Program-made: the position numbers and the translations under genes | Shown here: one piece after another, positions 1-7,739 of the stretch | Layout: each line of letters opens with the position of its first letter | How positions within the stretch are numbered: the stretch's first letter is position 1 | Notes under the pieces: generated by a model | The model's input: the letters and a program-made list of their open reading frames with translations, nothing else | Told to the model about the DNA's origin: nothing | Database searches by the model: none | Assembly: GCA_947175975.1 (NCBI GenBank) | Contig: CAMWOX010000001.1 | Location: 1-41,950 of the forward strand | DNA length: 41,950 bases | Direction: 5' to 3' | DNA from: an uncultured Ruminococcus sp. | Lineage (GTDB): Bacteria; Bacillota; Clostridia; Oscillospirales; Ruminococcaceae

Positions 1-119
1 ATGTAATATCACTCTATCAAAGTCTTTACGGTTCATATGAAACACCTACAATTCTAATAAATTTGTCTAATAAAATATTAATTTTATTATAACTTATTTT
101 TGATGATCTGTCAAGGGGC

Positions 120-148
120 TTGCTTTTTTTTAAAATTTATGCTATAAT
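120..148 (+). promoter_or_regulatory. putative sigma-A promoter for darA-holB-ricT
   Basis: TTGCTT (120-125), 17-nt spacer, TGc-TATAAT (140-148), 33 nt upstream of the darA ATG. Confidence 0.4.
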
Positions 149-181
149 AAATTAAATTATCAATTGCAGGGGAGATTTTTT

Positions 182-499
182 ATGAAACTTGTTTTTGCCA
201 TTGTCAATGATGACGACAGCCAGGCAGTCAGTAAGGCATTGCTGAAATCCGGATTCTATGCAACAAAATTAGCATCCACCGGGAGCTTTCTCAGTGCCGG
301 GAATACGACATTTTTATTATGCGTCGAAGAAAACCGCCTGGAAGAATTAATTACAATTATCCGCCAGAAAAGCCACAAACGCAAAAAAACCGTCCCGAAT
401 GGCATTCCTGCCAGCTCCGGCATTGATTTTCCCGTAGAAGTCGAAGTCGGTGGTGCAATTGTCTTTGTGACAGATATTGAAAGATTTGAAAAAATATGA
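182..499 (+). CDS. darA: PII-like cyclic-di-AMP receptor DarA (YaaQ family)
   Basis: ATG at 182 is preceded by a GGGGAG RBS; the track start at 164 is a TTG without an RBS. MKLVFAIVNDDD...ATKLASTGSFL...GGAIVFV is typical of YaaQ/DarA. ATGA overlap with holB, as in Bacillus yaaQ-holB synteny. Confidence 0.85.
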   Translation: MKLVFAIVNDDDSQAVSKALLKSGFYATKLASTGSFLSAGNTTFLLCVEENRLEELITIIRQKSHKRKKTVPNGIPASSGIDFPVEVEVGGAIVFVTDIERFEKI

Positions 500-1479
500 A
501 TCATACTCCTAAAATTTACGGCAATGCAGAAAATCTCCGGCTGATCCAAAATATGAAACAGCATCATCGTCTGCCCCATGCCTGTTTATTCTACGGCGAA
601 AAAGGATCAGGCAGAAAAACACTTGCAGAATATTTTGCCATGACAGCTCTCTGCACAGAGGAAAACGCTCCCTGCGGCGAATGCCGGAATTGCAGAAAAA
701 TCCTGCATAAGAGCCACCCGGATCTAATCTTTCCGGAACATTCCGGTAAAAAACAGGGATTCTCCGTGGAAACTGTCCGGGATGTCTGCCAGGATGCTCT
801 CACTGCACCGAATGAGGCAGATCTGAAAATTTATCTTTTCACAGACTGCGACAGCATCAGCATTCCAGCACAGAATACACTTCTGAAATTAACAGAAGAA
901 CCGCCGGAACATGTCATTCTGGTATTCACTGCCGAACAGAAATCCGCATTCCTGGACACAATGCTGTCCCGAATGATCCAGATCGCTGTCAATCCCTGCA
1001 CCAGGCAGGACTGCGAAACAGCTCTGTTAGCGAAGGGTGTTTCTCCGGAACATGCCCACAATGCTGTCAATGCCTGTGGCGGCAATATCGGACTGGCTCT
1101 GCAATGGCTGGAAGATGATACCATGCAGGAATGCACCCGGCAGGTAATCGCTCTCACAAATGCTGTTTTTACCAGAAAGCATTATCAGATACTCAGTATC
1201 CTGCATGGTTATGAGAAAGACCGTCAGAAAGCCATGTATTTCCTGAAACTGGTCAGTCTGCAATTCCGGGATGCTATGATTTTAAAATATCAGAATCCAG
1301 ATGATCCTGCCCCTGTACTCGCAGGATGTGACAGGGACAGCGCACAGGCATTATCTTCCATTCTGACGGCAAGCCGTGCCATTCAGTTACAGGATGCTGT
1401 CCGGGATGCCTGTCTGGCAATGGAATCCAATGTCAGCACAAAACTTGCACTTGCCGCACTCGGTGGCAGATTGTTATAA
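496..1479 (+). CDS. holB: DNA polymerase III delta-prime subunit
   Basis: HACLFYGEKGSGRKTLA P-loop-like motif, CGECRNCRKILHKSHPD zinc module, LLKLTEEPP motif; position between darA and ricT. Confidence 0.9.
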   Translation: MNHTPKIYGNAENLRLIQNMKQHHRLPHACLFYGEKGSGRKTLAEYFAMTALCTEENAPCGECRNCRKILHKSHPDLIFPEHSGKKQGFSVETVRDVCQDALTAPNEADLKIYLFTDCDSISIPAQNTLLKLTEEPPEHVILVFTAEQKSAFLDTMLSRMIQIAVNPCTRQDCETALLAKGVSPEHAHNAVNACGGNIGLALQWLEDDTMQECTRQVIALTNAVFTRKHYQILSILHGYEKDRQKAMYFLKLVSLQFRDAMILKYQNPDDPAPVLAGCDRDSAQALSSILTASRAIQLQDAVRDACLAMESNVSTKLALAALGGRLL

Positions 1480-1512
1480 TATCGGACGCACAGCGTCAGA
1501 AAGGATTGCACT

Positions 1513-2382
1513 ATGATTGAAATCGTAGGTGTCAGATTTGAAAATTCCAATAAAATCTACTATTTTGCACCAAATGGATTAACACTTGCACTCGGCACAA
1601 AAGTCATTGTGGAGACTGCCAAAGGTATAGACTGGGGAACAGTTGCACTCCAGAATAAAAAGCTCCCGGATGAGAGCATTGTTTCTTCGCTGAAATCCAT
1701 TGTCAGAATTATGAATAAAGAAGATTTCCGGACACTGGAACTCAATAAACAGAAAGAAGTAAAAGCATTCACAATCTGTGAACAGAAAATTGAGGCGCAT
1801 AAACTGAAAATGCGACTGGTAGATGTCAGCTGTGCATTTGACAACAGCAAGCTGTTATTCTATTTCACAGCAGATTCCCGTGTGGATTTCCGGGAACTAG
1901 TCAAGGATCTGGCATCCATATTCCGGATGCGGATTGAACTGCGTCAAATTGGTGTCCGGGATGAAGCGAAAATGTTCGGAGGACTGGGAATCTGCGGACG
2001 GGAATTTTGCTGTCGTGGCTATCTGAGCGATTTTCAGCCTGTTTCGATCAAGATGGCAAAAGAACAAGGCCTGTCCCTGAATCCGACAAAGATCTCCGGT
2101 ACTTGCGGCAGACTGATGTGTTGTCTGAAACACGAACAGGAAGTCTACGAAGAATTGCAGAAAATCACCCCCCGGATCGGTTCACTTGTAAAAACTCCCA
2201 ACGGAAAAGGTCGTGTAGAAGATGCCAATCTGATTACTGGAAAATTAAGAATCCGTCCAGAAAAAGAAGAAGACGTTCCTTATACGATTGACAGATCCGA
2301 AGTGGAAATCATCCGTGCAGGAAAAAATCAGAACCGGATGACAAAAGAAGAAAAAGAATGTCGGAAACTGGAGAAAAAATAA
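1513..2382 (+). CDS. ricT: PSP1-domain protein RicT/YaaT (stage 0 sporulation / RNase Y regulator family)
   Basis: The N-terminal VGVRF...YYF and the Cys-rich GICGREFCC...GTCGRLMCCLKHE are characteristic of YaaT/PSP1. Conserved position after holB. Confidence 0.9.
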   Translation: MIEIVGVRFENSNKIYYFAPNGLTLALGTKVIVETAKGIDWGTVALQNKKLPDESIVSSLKSIVRIMNKEDFRTLELNKQKEVKAFTICEQKIEAHKLKMRLVDVSCAFDNSKLLFYFTADSRVDFRELVKDLASIFRMRIELRQIGVRDEAKMFGGLGICGREFCCRGYLSDFQPVSIKMAKEQGLSLNPTKISGTCGRLMCCLKHEQEVYEELQKITPRIGSLVKTPNGKGRVEDANLITGKLRIRPEKEEDVPYTIDRSEVEIIRAGKNQNRMTKEEKECRKLEKK

Positions 2383-2452
2383 AATTTCTTGTTCAATATG
2401 CAGAATATTTCGTCATGAATTTAGTGATTTTTACAAAATTTCTGAAAAATCA

Positions 2453-2481
2453 TTGACAAAATACATGAACTATGCTATAAT
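2453..2481 (+). promoter_or_regulatory. orphan consensus sigma-A promoter with no ORF downstream
   Basis: TTGACA (2453-2458), exact 17-nt spacer, TGc-TATAAT (2474-2481). Confidence 0.6.
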
Positions 2482-2487
2482 AAAATC

Positions 2488-2548
2488 ATCATAAATCCTA
2501 CATCCTTATTATTTTTTGGAGCAGTTCTGCGAAGAACTGCTTTTTTTT
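2488..2548 (+). ncRNA. candidate small RNA of about 61 nt (promoter-to-terminator unit)
   Basis: Predicted TSS near A2488, 7 nt after the -10. The pyrimidine-rich 5' half (AUCAUAAAUCCUACAUCCUUAUUAUUUUUUGGA) is followed by the GCAGTTCT/AGAACTGC hairpin and T8. No start codon/RBS pair inside. Confidence 0.35.
2521..2548 (+). terminator. rho-independent terminator (ricT read-through and/or candidate sRNA)
   Basis: 8-bp stem GCAGTTCT/AGAACTGC, 4-nt loop, then T8 (2541-2548). Confidence 0.75.
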
Positions 2549-2585
2549 GCAAAAAAATCATCCGGAATTGCTTTCCGGATGATTT
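2549..2585 (-). terminator. rho-independent terminator of the minus-strand lipoprotein operon
   Basis: Stem ATCATCCGGA/TCCGGATGAT (2557-2583), followed on the minus strand by a T7 run. Sits 4 nt after the stop of the 2589-3257 gene. Confidence 0.75.
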
Positions 2586-2588
2586 GGT

Positions 2589-3257
2589 TCAGGATTCACT
2601 TTGAGCATAACCTAACAGAATGGCATCAATCTCCTGCCAGGTTGTTCCACTGACATTATTTTCTCCTGTACCAATGATGAAATCATACTGTACAGGCTCT
2701 AAATAACCTAACTCTTCCAGAGATGCATTCAGAATCCGCAGAACTTGTCTTGCATAGACTTCCTCCAGCATATCCGCTTTTTGTTTTGTCTTTGCTCTTG
2801 TATATCTGGGTGTAAAATCATTCTCATAGTAATCTTTTACTTCCGGTGCAGTCTTTTCCCAGAAATCCACTGGAGAAAGAATCAGCGTCACCTGATAAGC
2901 CTGGTCTGTCTGTACGACTTCTCGGATAGTATATTTTGTCTGCATGAGAATCTGTTGTGCAAGCGTGTCATACTGTCCAATCATTTCTTCACTGATCTTG
3001 TCAGAATCAATGCCATAATAATTCCGAATCCGTTCACTCAGGGCATCTCTTTCATCCCAGAATAATTCTGTTGCCTCCGGAATCGTGTAGATAGTCATAC
3101 TGCAATATGCCTGATAATCTCCATGATAACTGCAATCAAGCACTGCCTGTACATAATCTCGATAAGTCGTCCCTGCAAAACCGCACCCCGTGAACCGCAG
3201 AATCCCGGACAGGCACAGGATCGCCGCCATGCATCTTAAAATTCTGCCCCTGCTCAT
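2589..3257 (-). CDS. hypothetical lipoprotein
   Basis: Signal peptide ending in the lipobox-like LRFTGC; no catalytic motif recognised. 4-nt overlap with the upstream gene. Confidence 0.7.
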   Translation of the reverse strand: MSRGRILRCMAAILCLSGILRFTGCGFAGTTYRDYVQAVLDCSYHGDYQAYCSMTIYTIPEATELFWDERDALSERIRNYYGIDSDKISEEMIGQYDTLAQQILMQTKYTIREVVQTDQAYQVTLILSPVDFWEKTAPEVKDYYENDFTPRYTRAKTKQKADMLEEVYARQVLRILNASLEELGYLEPVQYDFIIGTGENNVSGTTWQEIDAILLGYAQSES

Positions 3258-4078
3258 GATGCCTGCTTCTCTTCCGGACTAATATGCAGAGGGATAGAGT
3301 TGCCCTCTTCATCGTAAAATACAATATTATCCAGATAAAAATCTGAAATATTCTGCATTCCCTTACGCATGACAGTAAAATTCACATCTTCTACAGAACT
3401 ATCCCAGCACTTTCCGGATTCTGCAAGCAGAAATTGAAACTCCACATGACAGGCATCGGATCTTTGCAGATCATATTGATTGATATCCTCTGCGGCAAAA
3501 TCTGCAAAATCATACCATTCGCCGTCCGCACAGACCGTACCGCCACCGCCGCCGATCCAACCGGGTACTTGCAGAAATTCACCATCATCATTCTGAAATA
3601 AATTTTCTTTGGCTTCTGCATACAGATCAAACCCAATACGCCGGACACTCTCAAGCTGATCCGGATTCAGGAGCTGTCCGACAGAAATCCGGATCTTCTG
3701 GACAGCATCTGTCAAATTTTCAGAACCTGTTGACAGATCTGTAAATTTCAGCATGAAATTACCGTCTATATTTTCAACAGAAAGCTTGCCCTCTGCACAG
3801 CCAGCATCATCATTCATGACAGTCACAAAATGACAGCTCCCATCGTTGAAATTCACAGCATTCAGATCTGCTGCCGGGAATGCTGCATTTGTATGCGATT
3901 GTGTTTCCGGCTCGGATTCTGTATCAGAAATCGTTTCCTGTTCTGTCTGTGCTGCACTTTCCGGAATACTGCTGTCCGAATCTGTCTGTGAATCTATTTC
4001 ATTTCGGCATCCTGTACACAGGATCAGCAAGGCGGACAGCATGATGATATTTCCTGAAAAATTTCGCAATCTATTCAA
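3254..4078 (-). CDS. hypothetical lipoprotein with Ser/Thr/Glu-rich linker and beta-rich C-terminal domain
   Basis: Lipobox LILCTGC. TTG start overlaps the decarboxylase stop (TTGA). Low-complexity linker TDSDSSIPESAAQTEQE. Confidence 0.65.
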   Translation of the reverse strand: MNRLRNFSGNIIMLSALLILCTGCRNEIDSQTDSDSSIPESAAQTEQETISDTESEPETQSHTNAAFPAADLNAVNFNDGSCHFVTVMNDDAGCAEGKLSVENIDGNFMLKFTDLSTGSENLTDAVQKIRISVGQLLNPDQLESVRRIGFDLYAEAKENLFQNDDGEFLQVPGWIGGGGGTVCADGEWYDFADFAAEDINQYDLQRSDACHVEFQFLLAESGKCWDSSVEDVNFTVMRKGMQNISDFYLDNIVFYDEEGNSIPLHISPEEKQAS

Positions 4079-5421
4079 AATAACCCCTCATTTCTGAAAT
4101 CGTAATTTTTCATAACCGCAATCTGATCCAAATCATAGAACTGCATGAGTCGGATTCCATTTTTGGTAATTCTTTCACCACTGAGAACAATCGGCACAGC
4201 TGGCGGACAGGGGACTTGCACACAACTACAAATTCTTCCCTCCGCCTGTTCCGGATGGATCACTTCCCAGGAAGAGAGTGCCGCAGTCCGCAAATCGCAG
4301 ACAATCTCCGGTTCTGACAGATCCGGGGGAATCCATAGTGGAATGTGCTGTCTGTCCGGACAATCCTGCAATGCAAATTCTAATTCTGCAAAATCCTGAT
4401 CGGTCATCATGGGCGACAATAATAATACCAGACACGTCTTATCCGCATATTCACACTCAATCCGGTATTTCTTTCTCAGAATTTCAGACAACACCAAACC
4501 ATTCACACGCAACGTCAGATGCATGGGATCAGTGCCGATCAAATCATATTTTCCTGCCAATCCGGCTTTCAATTTTTGTATCCGTTCTTCGCATTCTAAA
4601 ATACTTTCTCTGCCCTGGACGGCAAGCCATTCTGTGCAAGACTCCAGCGACTGCATAATCAGATAAGACGGACTTGTCGAGCCGAATAACTGCATATGCT
4701 GTTTGAGCATTCGGGCATCCTCCGGATTTTTCACATGCAGGAATGCACCGCCCGTGAGTGCCGGAAGCGTCTTATGTGCGGAATCACAGCAGAAATCTGC
4801 TCCCAGTGCAATCGGATGCTGATTTTTTTTCAGAAATGCCGCATGTGCGCCATGTGCATGATCGACAATCAATCTGGCATGATACTTTCTACAAATCCTG
4901 GACAAGCCTGCAATATCCTGCAAATTGCCCAGATAATCCGGTGAAGTAACATACACACAAGCCAATCCGGAAGTCTCCTGCAAAGCTGTCTCAAAATCCG
5001 ATAATAAATAACTACCTCCGATCAGAGAACCCGATCTTGGAACTACCCATTTCACAGGCAGATCCAGTAAAACACAACTGTTCAGGAATGCCCTGTGAAC
5101 CGTCCGTGCAGCAATGACAGTTCTCTGTTCTGATTTCATCTGTGCAAGCATTGCTTGGATGCAGAGCGTTGATCCTCCGGCACTCCAGCAAGTCGCTCCC
5201 GTTCCATAAAGTTCTGCTGTCCTGTATTCTGCCTGTTTGAGAATACCACTGGATTCAAACAGGCTGTCAGCACCTGCAATTTCTGTAATATCCCAGGCAT
5301 ATGCCCCGGAAAGCGATTCCATCAGGGATCTCCCTTTATGACCGGGCATATGCATACGGAGCATTTGATTTTTTTGGTAATTTTCTAAAAAACCTGTTAA
5401 AGTTTCTGCAATTTGCGACAT
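4075..5421 (-). CDS. PLP-dependent Orn/Lys/Arg decarboxylase family protein (YaaO-like)
   Basis: N-terminal HMPGHKGR motif and SAHKTLPALTGGA (PLP lysine). The Bacillus yaaO homolog lies in the same darA/holB neighbourhood. Confidence 0.85.
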   Translation of the reverse strand: MSQIAETLTGFLENYQKNQMLRMHMPGHKGRSLMESLSGAYAWDITEIAGADSLFESSGILKQAEYRTAELYGTGATCWSAGGSTLCIQAMLAQMKSEQRTVIAARTVHRAFLNSCVLLDLPVKWVVPRSGSLIGGSYLLSDFETALQETSGLACVYVTSPDYLGNLQDIAGLSRICRKYHARLIVDHAHGAHAAFLKKNQHPIALGADFCCDSAHKTLPALTGGAFLHVKNPEDARMLKQHMQLFGSTSPSYLIMQSLESCTEWLAVQGRESILECEERIQKLKAGLAGKYDLIGTDPMHLTLRVNGLVLSEILRKKYRIECEYADKTCLVLLLSPMMTDQDFAELEFALQDCPDRQHIPLWIPPDLSEPEIVCDLRTAALSSWEVIHPEQAEGRICSCVQVPCPPAVPIVLSGERITKNGIRLMQFYDLDQIAVMKNYDFRNEGLF

Positions 5422-5438
5422 ATTTTTTTAAAAACCTC

Positions 5439-5467
5439 TTGACAAACGGAAAAAAATCCTGTAGAAT
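5439..5467 (+). promoter_or_regulatory. sigma-A promoter of the small-protein / sigma-r4 operon
   Basis: TTGACA (5439-5444), 17-nt spacer, TAGAAT (5462-5467). Confidence 0.55.
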
Positions 5468-5479
5468 AAGAAACAATAA

Positions 5480-5495
5480 TAGAACATATGTTCTA
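5480..5495. promoter_or_regulatory. perfect 16-nt palindrome matching the Firmicute LexA (Cheo) box core GAAC-N4-GTTC
   Basis: TAGAACATATGTTCTA. Starts 13 nt after the -10 hexamer and spans the annotated ATG at 5488. Confidence 0.45.
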
Positions 5496-5751
5496 TTTAT
5501 CATCCTCCAGGAAAGGACAGATTATATTGCAGGATTTAATTTCAGACTACGAAAACAGCAGACTGCTGCTTCAAAAACGCATTCATGAACTCAATCAACA
5601 ACTCAGAAATGCTTCTCTTCAAACAATAGAACGAGAACTGCTCACAGCCAGACGAGACATGCTCTACAAGGAACACACGGAATTGCTTCTTGTGATTGCT
5701 GACATGCGCAGGCATCTCGCACAGACATCCCAGAAAGGAGTACACTCATGA
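5488..5751 (+). CDS. small alpha-helical/coiled-coil protein of unknown function
   Basis: 87-aa ORF. An in-frame TTG at 5527 has a better RBS (AGGAAAGGA) and would give 75 aa. ATGA overlap with the next gene. Confidence 0.55.
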   Translation: MFYLSSSRKGQIILQDLISDYENSRLLLQKRIHELNQQLRNASLQTIERELLTARRDMLYKEHTELLLVIADMRRHLAQTSQKGVHS

Positions 5752-6077
5752 GACAGAAACGTATCCCGGCATATCTGCTCGAATCAGACCAGGAGATCCT
5801 CCGGGATCTCACGGGAGCATCTGCCACCAACCGGAAACAGATAGAAACGGCAAAAAAAGCCCTTGCAGAAGTCATTACGCAGGATCTCACACCCCGACAG
5901 CGTGAAATGATTAATTTTTATTACTATCAGAATCTGAATCACAGACAGATCGCTGAACAGCTCGGCATTGACAGCTCCACTGTCTGTCGGACGCTTCAGC
6001 GTGCCAGAAACAGAATCTACAAAGCCTTGCATATTTATTTTGATTATCTCTATTTCCGGCTTGAAGAAGATTCCTGA
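5748..6077 (+). CDS. sigma-70 region-4-like HTH DNA-binding protein (YlxM/p13-like size class)
   Basis: [44 protein letters not shown] is a typical region 4.2 HTH. There are no region 2 residues, so it is not a complete sigma factor. Confidence 0.7.
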   Translation: MRQKRIPAYLLESDQEILRDLTGASATNRKQIETAKKALAEVITQDLTPRQREMINFYYYQNLNHRQIAEQLGIDSSTVCRTLQRARNRIYKALHIYFDYLYFRLEEDS

Positions 6078-6093
6078 ATCTGCAAATCAGGAT

Positions 6094-6120
6094 AACAACA
6101 AAAGCCCCCGAAAGAGGGCT
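6094..6120 (-). terminator. terminator downstream of tRNA-Gln
   Basis: Hairpin AGCCC-CCGAAAGA-GGGCT (6103-6120), followed on the minus strand by TTTTGTTGTT. Confidence 0.6.
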
Positions 6121-6149
6121 GTACGCTGTGATCATCACAAGATCCTTGA

Positions 6150-6221
6150 TTGGGATGGCGAGATTCGAACTCACGACTGACGGAGTCAAAGTCCGTTGCC
6201 TTACCGCTTGGCTACACCCCA
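6150..6221 (-). tRNA. tRNA-Gln (anticodon UUG)
   Basis: Cloverleaf read by hand. Acceptor TGGGGTG/CATCCCA; D-arm GCC-AAGCGGTAA-GGC; anticodon stem ACGGA/TCCGT with loop CTTTGAC; T-arm GTGAG-TTCGAAT-CTCGC; discriminator A; CCA not encoded. Confidence 0.93.
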
Positions 6222-6239
6222 GTACTTTTTACAAGTATT

Positions 6240-6268
6240 ATTATAACATATTTTACGGACTTTGTCAA
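6240..6268 (-). promoter_or_regulatory. consensus sigma-A promoter for tRNA-Gln
   Basis: Minus strand reads TTGACA-17 nt-TGt-TATAAT; the -10 ends 18 nt before the tRNA 5' end. Confidence 0.7.
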
Positions 6269-6424
6269 GCACCTGATTCTAATTTTCTGCATAAATTATT
6301 AACAGCAGAGAAAATCTGCTCCGGCATGTATAAATCGCTCCGAAACAGCGATACTAGAAACAGGAAAATTTATTTGAATTATTTTTTACATTTTATTTTC
6401 AAATCTTTAAGGAGTGTTTTTGCT

Positions 6425-6772
6425 ATGATGTCCGTGAAACGTGGAGAAATTTATTATGCTGATCTCAGCCCTGTTGTCGGCTCGGAACAGGGCGGCATCC
6501 GTCCAGTACTTATCGTACAGAATGATGTCGGAAACCGTCACAGTCCGACTGTCATCGCTGCGGCAATCACCAGCCGGCTGGATAAAGCGAAACTACCGAC
6601 GCATATCTCATTAGAAGCAGCAAGCTGCGGCTTACAGAAAGACAGTATCGTCCTGTTGGAACAGATCCGTACATTGGATAAGAAACGTCTGAAAGACAGA
6701 ATGGGATCACTTGATCCGAATGCAATGGATCGTGTGGACAATGCACTTTCTATCAGTTTTGGATTGCATTAA
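6425..6772 (+). CDS. mazF: MazF/EndoA (PemK family) mRNA interferase toxin
   Basis: [34 protein letters not shown]...KLPTHI...[10 protein letters not shown] closely resembles B. subtilis EndoA as I remember that sequence. AAGGAG RBS lies 10 nt before the ATG at 6425. The track ORF from 6128 is an artefactual extension across the tRNA. Confidence 0.92.
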   Translation: MMSVKRGEIYYADLSPVVGSEQGGIRPVLIVQNDVGNRHSPTVIAAAITSRLDKAKLPTHISLEAASCGLQKDSIVLLEQIRTLDKKRLKDRMGSLDPNAMDRVDNALSISFGLH

Positions 6773-6818
6773 TGATTAGAAAAATACCCTTGATTATACG
6801 AGCGATACTCATATAGAA
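6773..6818. repeat. left terminal inverted repeat of the CPBP cassette
   Basis: TGATTAGAAAAATACCCTTGATTATACGAGCGATACTCATATAGAA. Its reverse complement matches 7692-7739, with a 16-nt perfect core CGATACTCATATAGAA at 6803-6818. Confidence 0.7.
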
Positions 6819-6823
6819 GCAAT

Positions 6824-6874
6824 GCCCGCAAGTAGTTTTTCAACTGCTTTCGGGCTTGTTTTAATTATTTTTTT
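6824..6874 (+). terminator. rho-independent terminator after mazF
   Basis: Stem GCCCGCAAGTAG/CTGCTTTCGGGC (10 of 12 pairs), followed by TTGTTTTAATTATTTTTTT. Confidence 0.65.
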
Positions 6875-6906
6875 ATTCGCATAAATCAGAATTTATCTCT
6901 TCATTG

Positions 6907-7572
6907 TTATAGTAAAACTGATGCCCAAACAGTTATTAAAGCATCATATACTCCATGTCCAATTATCAAGGATAAAGTTGAGCAATTTTTAACCTTTAAT
7001 CTACAAAAACAAAAAAATGCTCCTATACATGCGGTCATTATCATTTGAACAATATTACCGGTGAATAAATGAAATACTCCGAAAAGGACAGATGAACCAA
7101 TAATGGCTATCATATCCTTTTGGCTAATGCTTTTTATTTTTTCATAAATAAATCCTCGAAATACAAGTTCTTCAACAAAACCTACTACAAATATACAATA
7201 GAAAAATTCATAAATAAATTGCCATAAGTATTTATATCTTTTGCCGCTATCGAAATATTCACCAAACCCAAACAGATGTGGTATTAGCGTGAGTATAAAT
7301 GACATTGCGATACCCATTAAAATGCCTACAATAATTTGAAATTTCTTTTTGTCTTTGCTAAAACCATAATCCACTAACTTGTCTTTATTAACCAGCATTA
7401 CAATTATAGGAATCAATGCAATTAACCAATAAATCAATAGCATACTTACCACTCTTAGTCCTAAAGGTAACGACATTAGTACAAACTGATTGAACGCTGT
7501 GACACCATATAAACCCAGCATAGCACCCAAAAATCCTACTATTAAACAGATCCATTCTTTTTTCTTGCTCAT
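6907..7572 (-). CDS. CPBP family intramembrane glutamic endopeptidase (CAAX protease / Abi, bacteriocin-immunity-type)
   Basis: Multi-TM protein with motif 1 VEELVFRGFIY, motif 2 FGVFHL and C-terminal HGVYD. GAGGAG RBS. Confidence 0.88.
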   Translation of the reverse strand: MSKKKEWICLIVGFLGAMLGLYGVTAFNQFVLMSLPLGLRVVSMLLIYWLIALIPIIVMLVNKDKLVDYGFSKDKKKFQIIVGILMGIAMSFILTLIPHLFGFGEYFDSGKRYKYLWQFIYEFFYCIFVVGFVEELVFRGFIYEKIKSISQKDMIAIIGSSVLFGVFHLFTGNIVQMIMTACIGAFFCFCRLKVKNCSTLSLIIGHGVYDALITVWASVLL

Positions 7573-7610
7573 AATTTTCTCCTCTGCAAATTCCGATTTA
7601 TTTTACTAAT

Positions 7611-7639
7611 ATTATATATCAAAAAATTTGTTCTGTCAA
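7611..7639 (-). promoter_or_regulatory. consensus sigma-A promoter of the CPBP gene
   Basis: Minus strand reads TTGACA-17 nt-TATAAT (plus-strand coordinates 7634-7639 and 7611-7616). Confidence 0.7.
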
Positions 7640-7684
7640 TAAAAACGCCATAGTATTTGAACTTATAATCAAAAATACTATGGC
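7638..7684 (-). terminator. rho-independent terminator (ends transcripts coming from 7804-8238 / former coaX)
   Basis: 12-bp stem GCCATAGTATTT/AAATACTATGGC (7647-7684), followed on the minus strand by GTTTTTATT. Confidence 0.65.
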
Positions 7685-7691
7685 TAAAAAT

Positions 7692-7739
7692 TTCTATATG
7701 AGTATCGACATTACTATCAGGGGTATTTTTTTATAATCA
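7692..7739. repeat. right terminal inverted repeat of the CPBP cassette
   Basis: The reverse complement reads TGATTATAAAAAAATACCCCTGATAGTAATGTCGATACTCATATAGAA. About 80 percent identical to 6773-6818 with one small gap. Confidence 0.7.

Noticed and set aside
111-131. CAAGGGGCTTG followed by T8, as a possible terminator of a gene upstream of the window
   Set aside because: The stem is only 4 bp with a 3-nt loop, and it overlaps the proposed darA -35, so it is too weak to call.
6128-6772. 214-aa ORF in the track that would be a long N-terminally extended MazF
   Set aside because: Its first ~100 codons run antisense across tRNA-Gln, the tRNA promoter and AT-rich intergenic DNA, with no RBS. 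The MazF homology begins at the ATG at 6425, which has an AAGGAG RBS.
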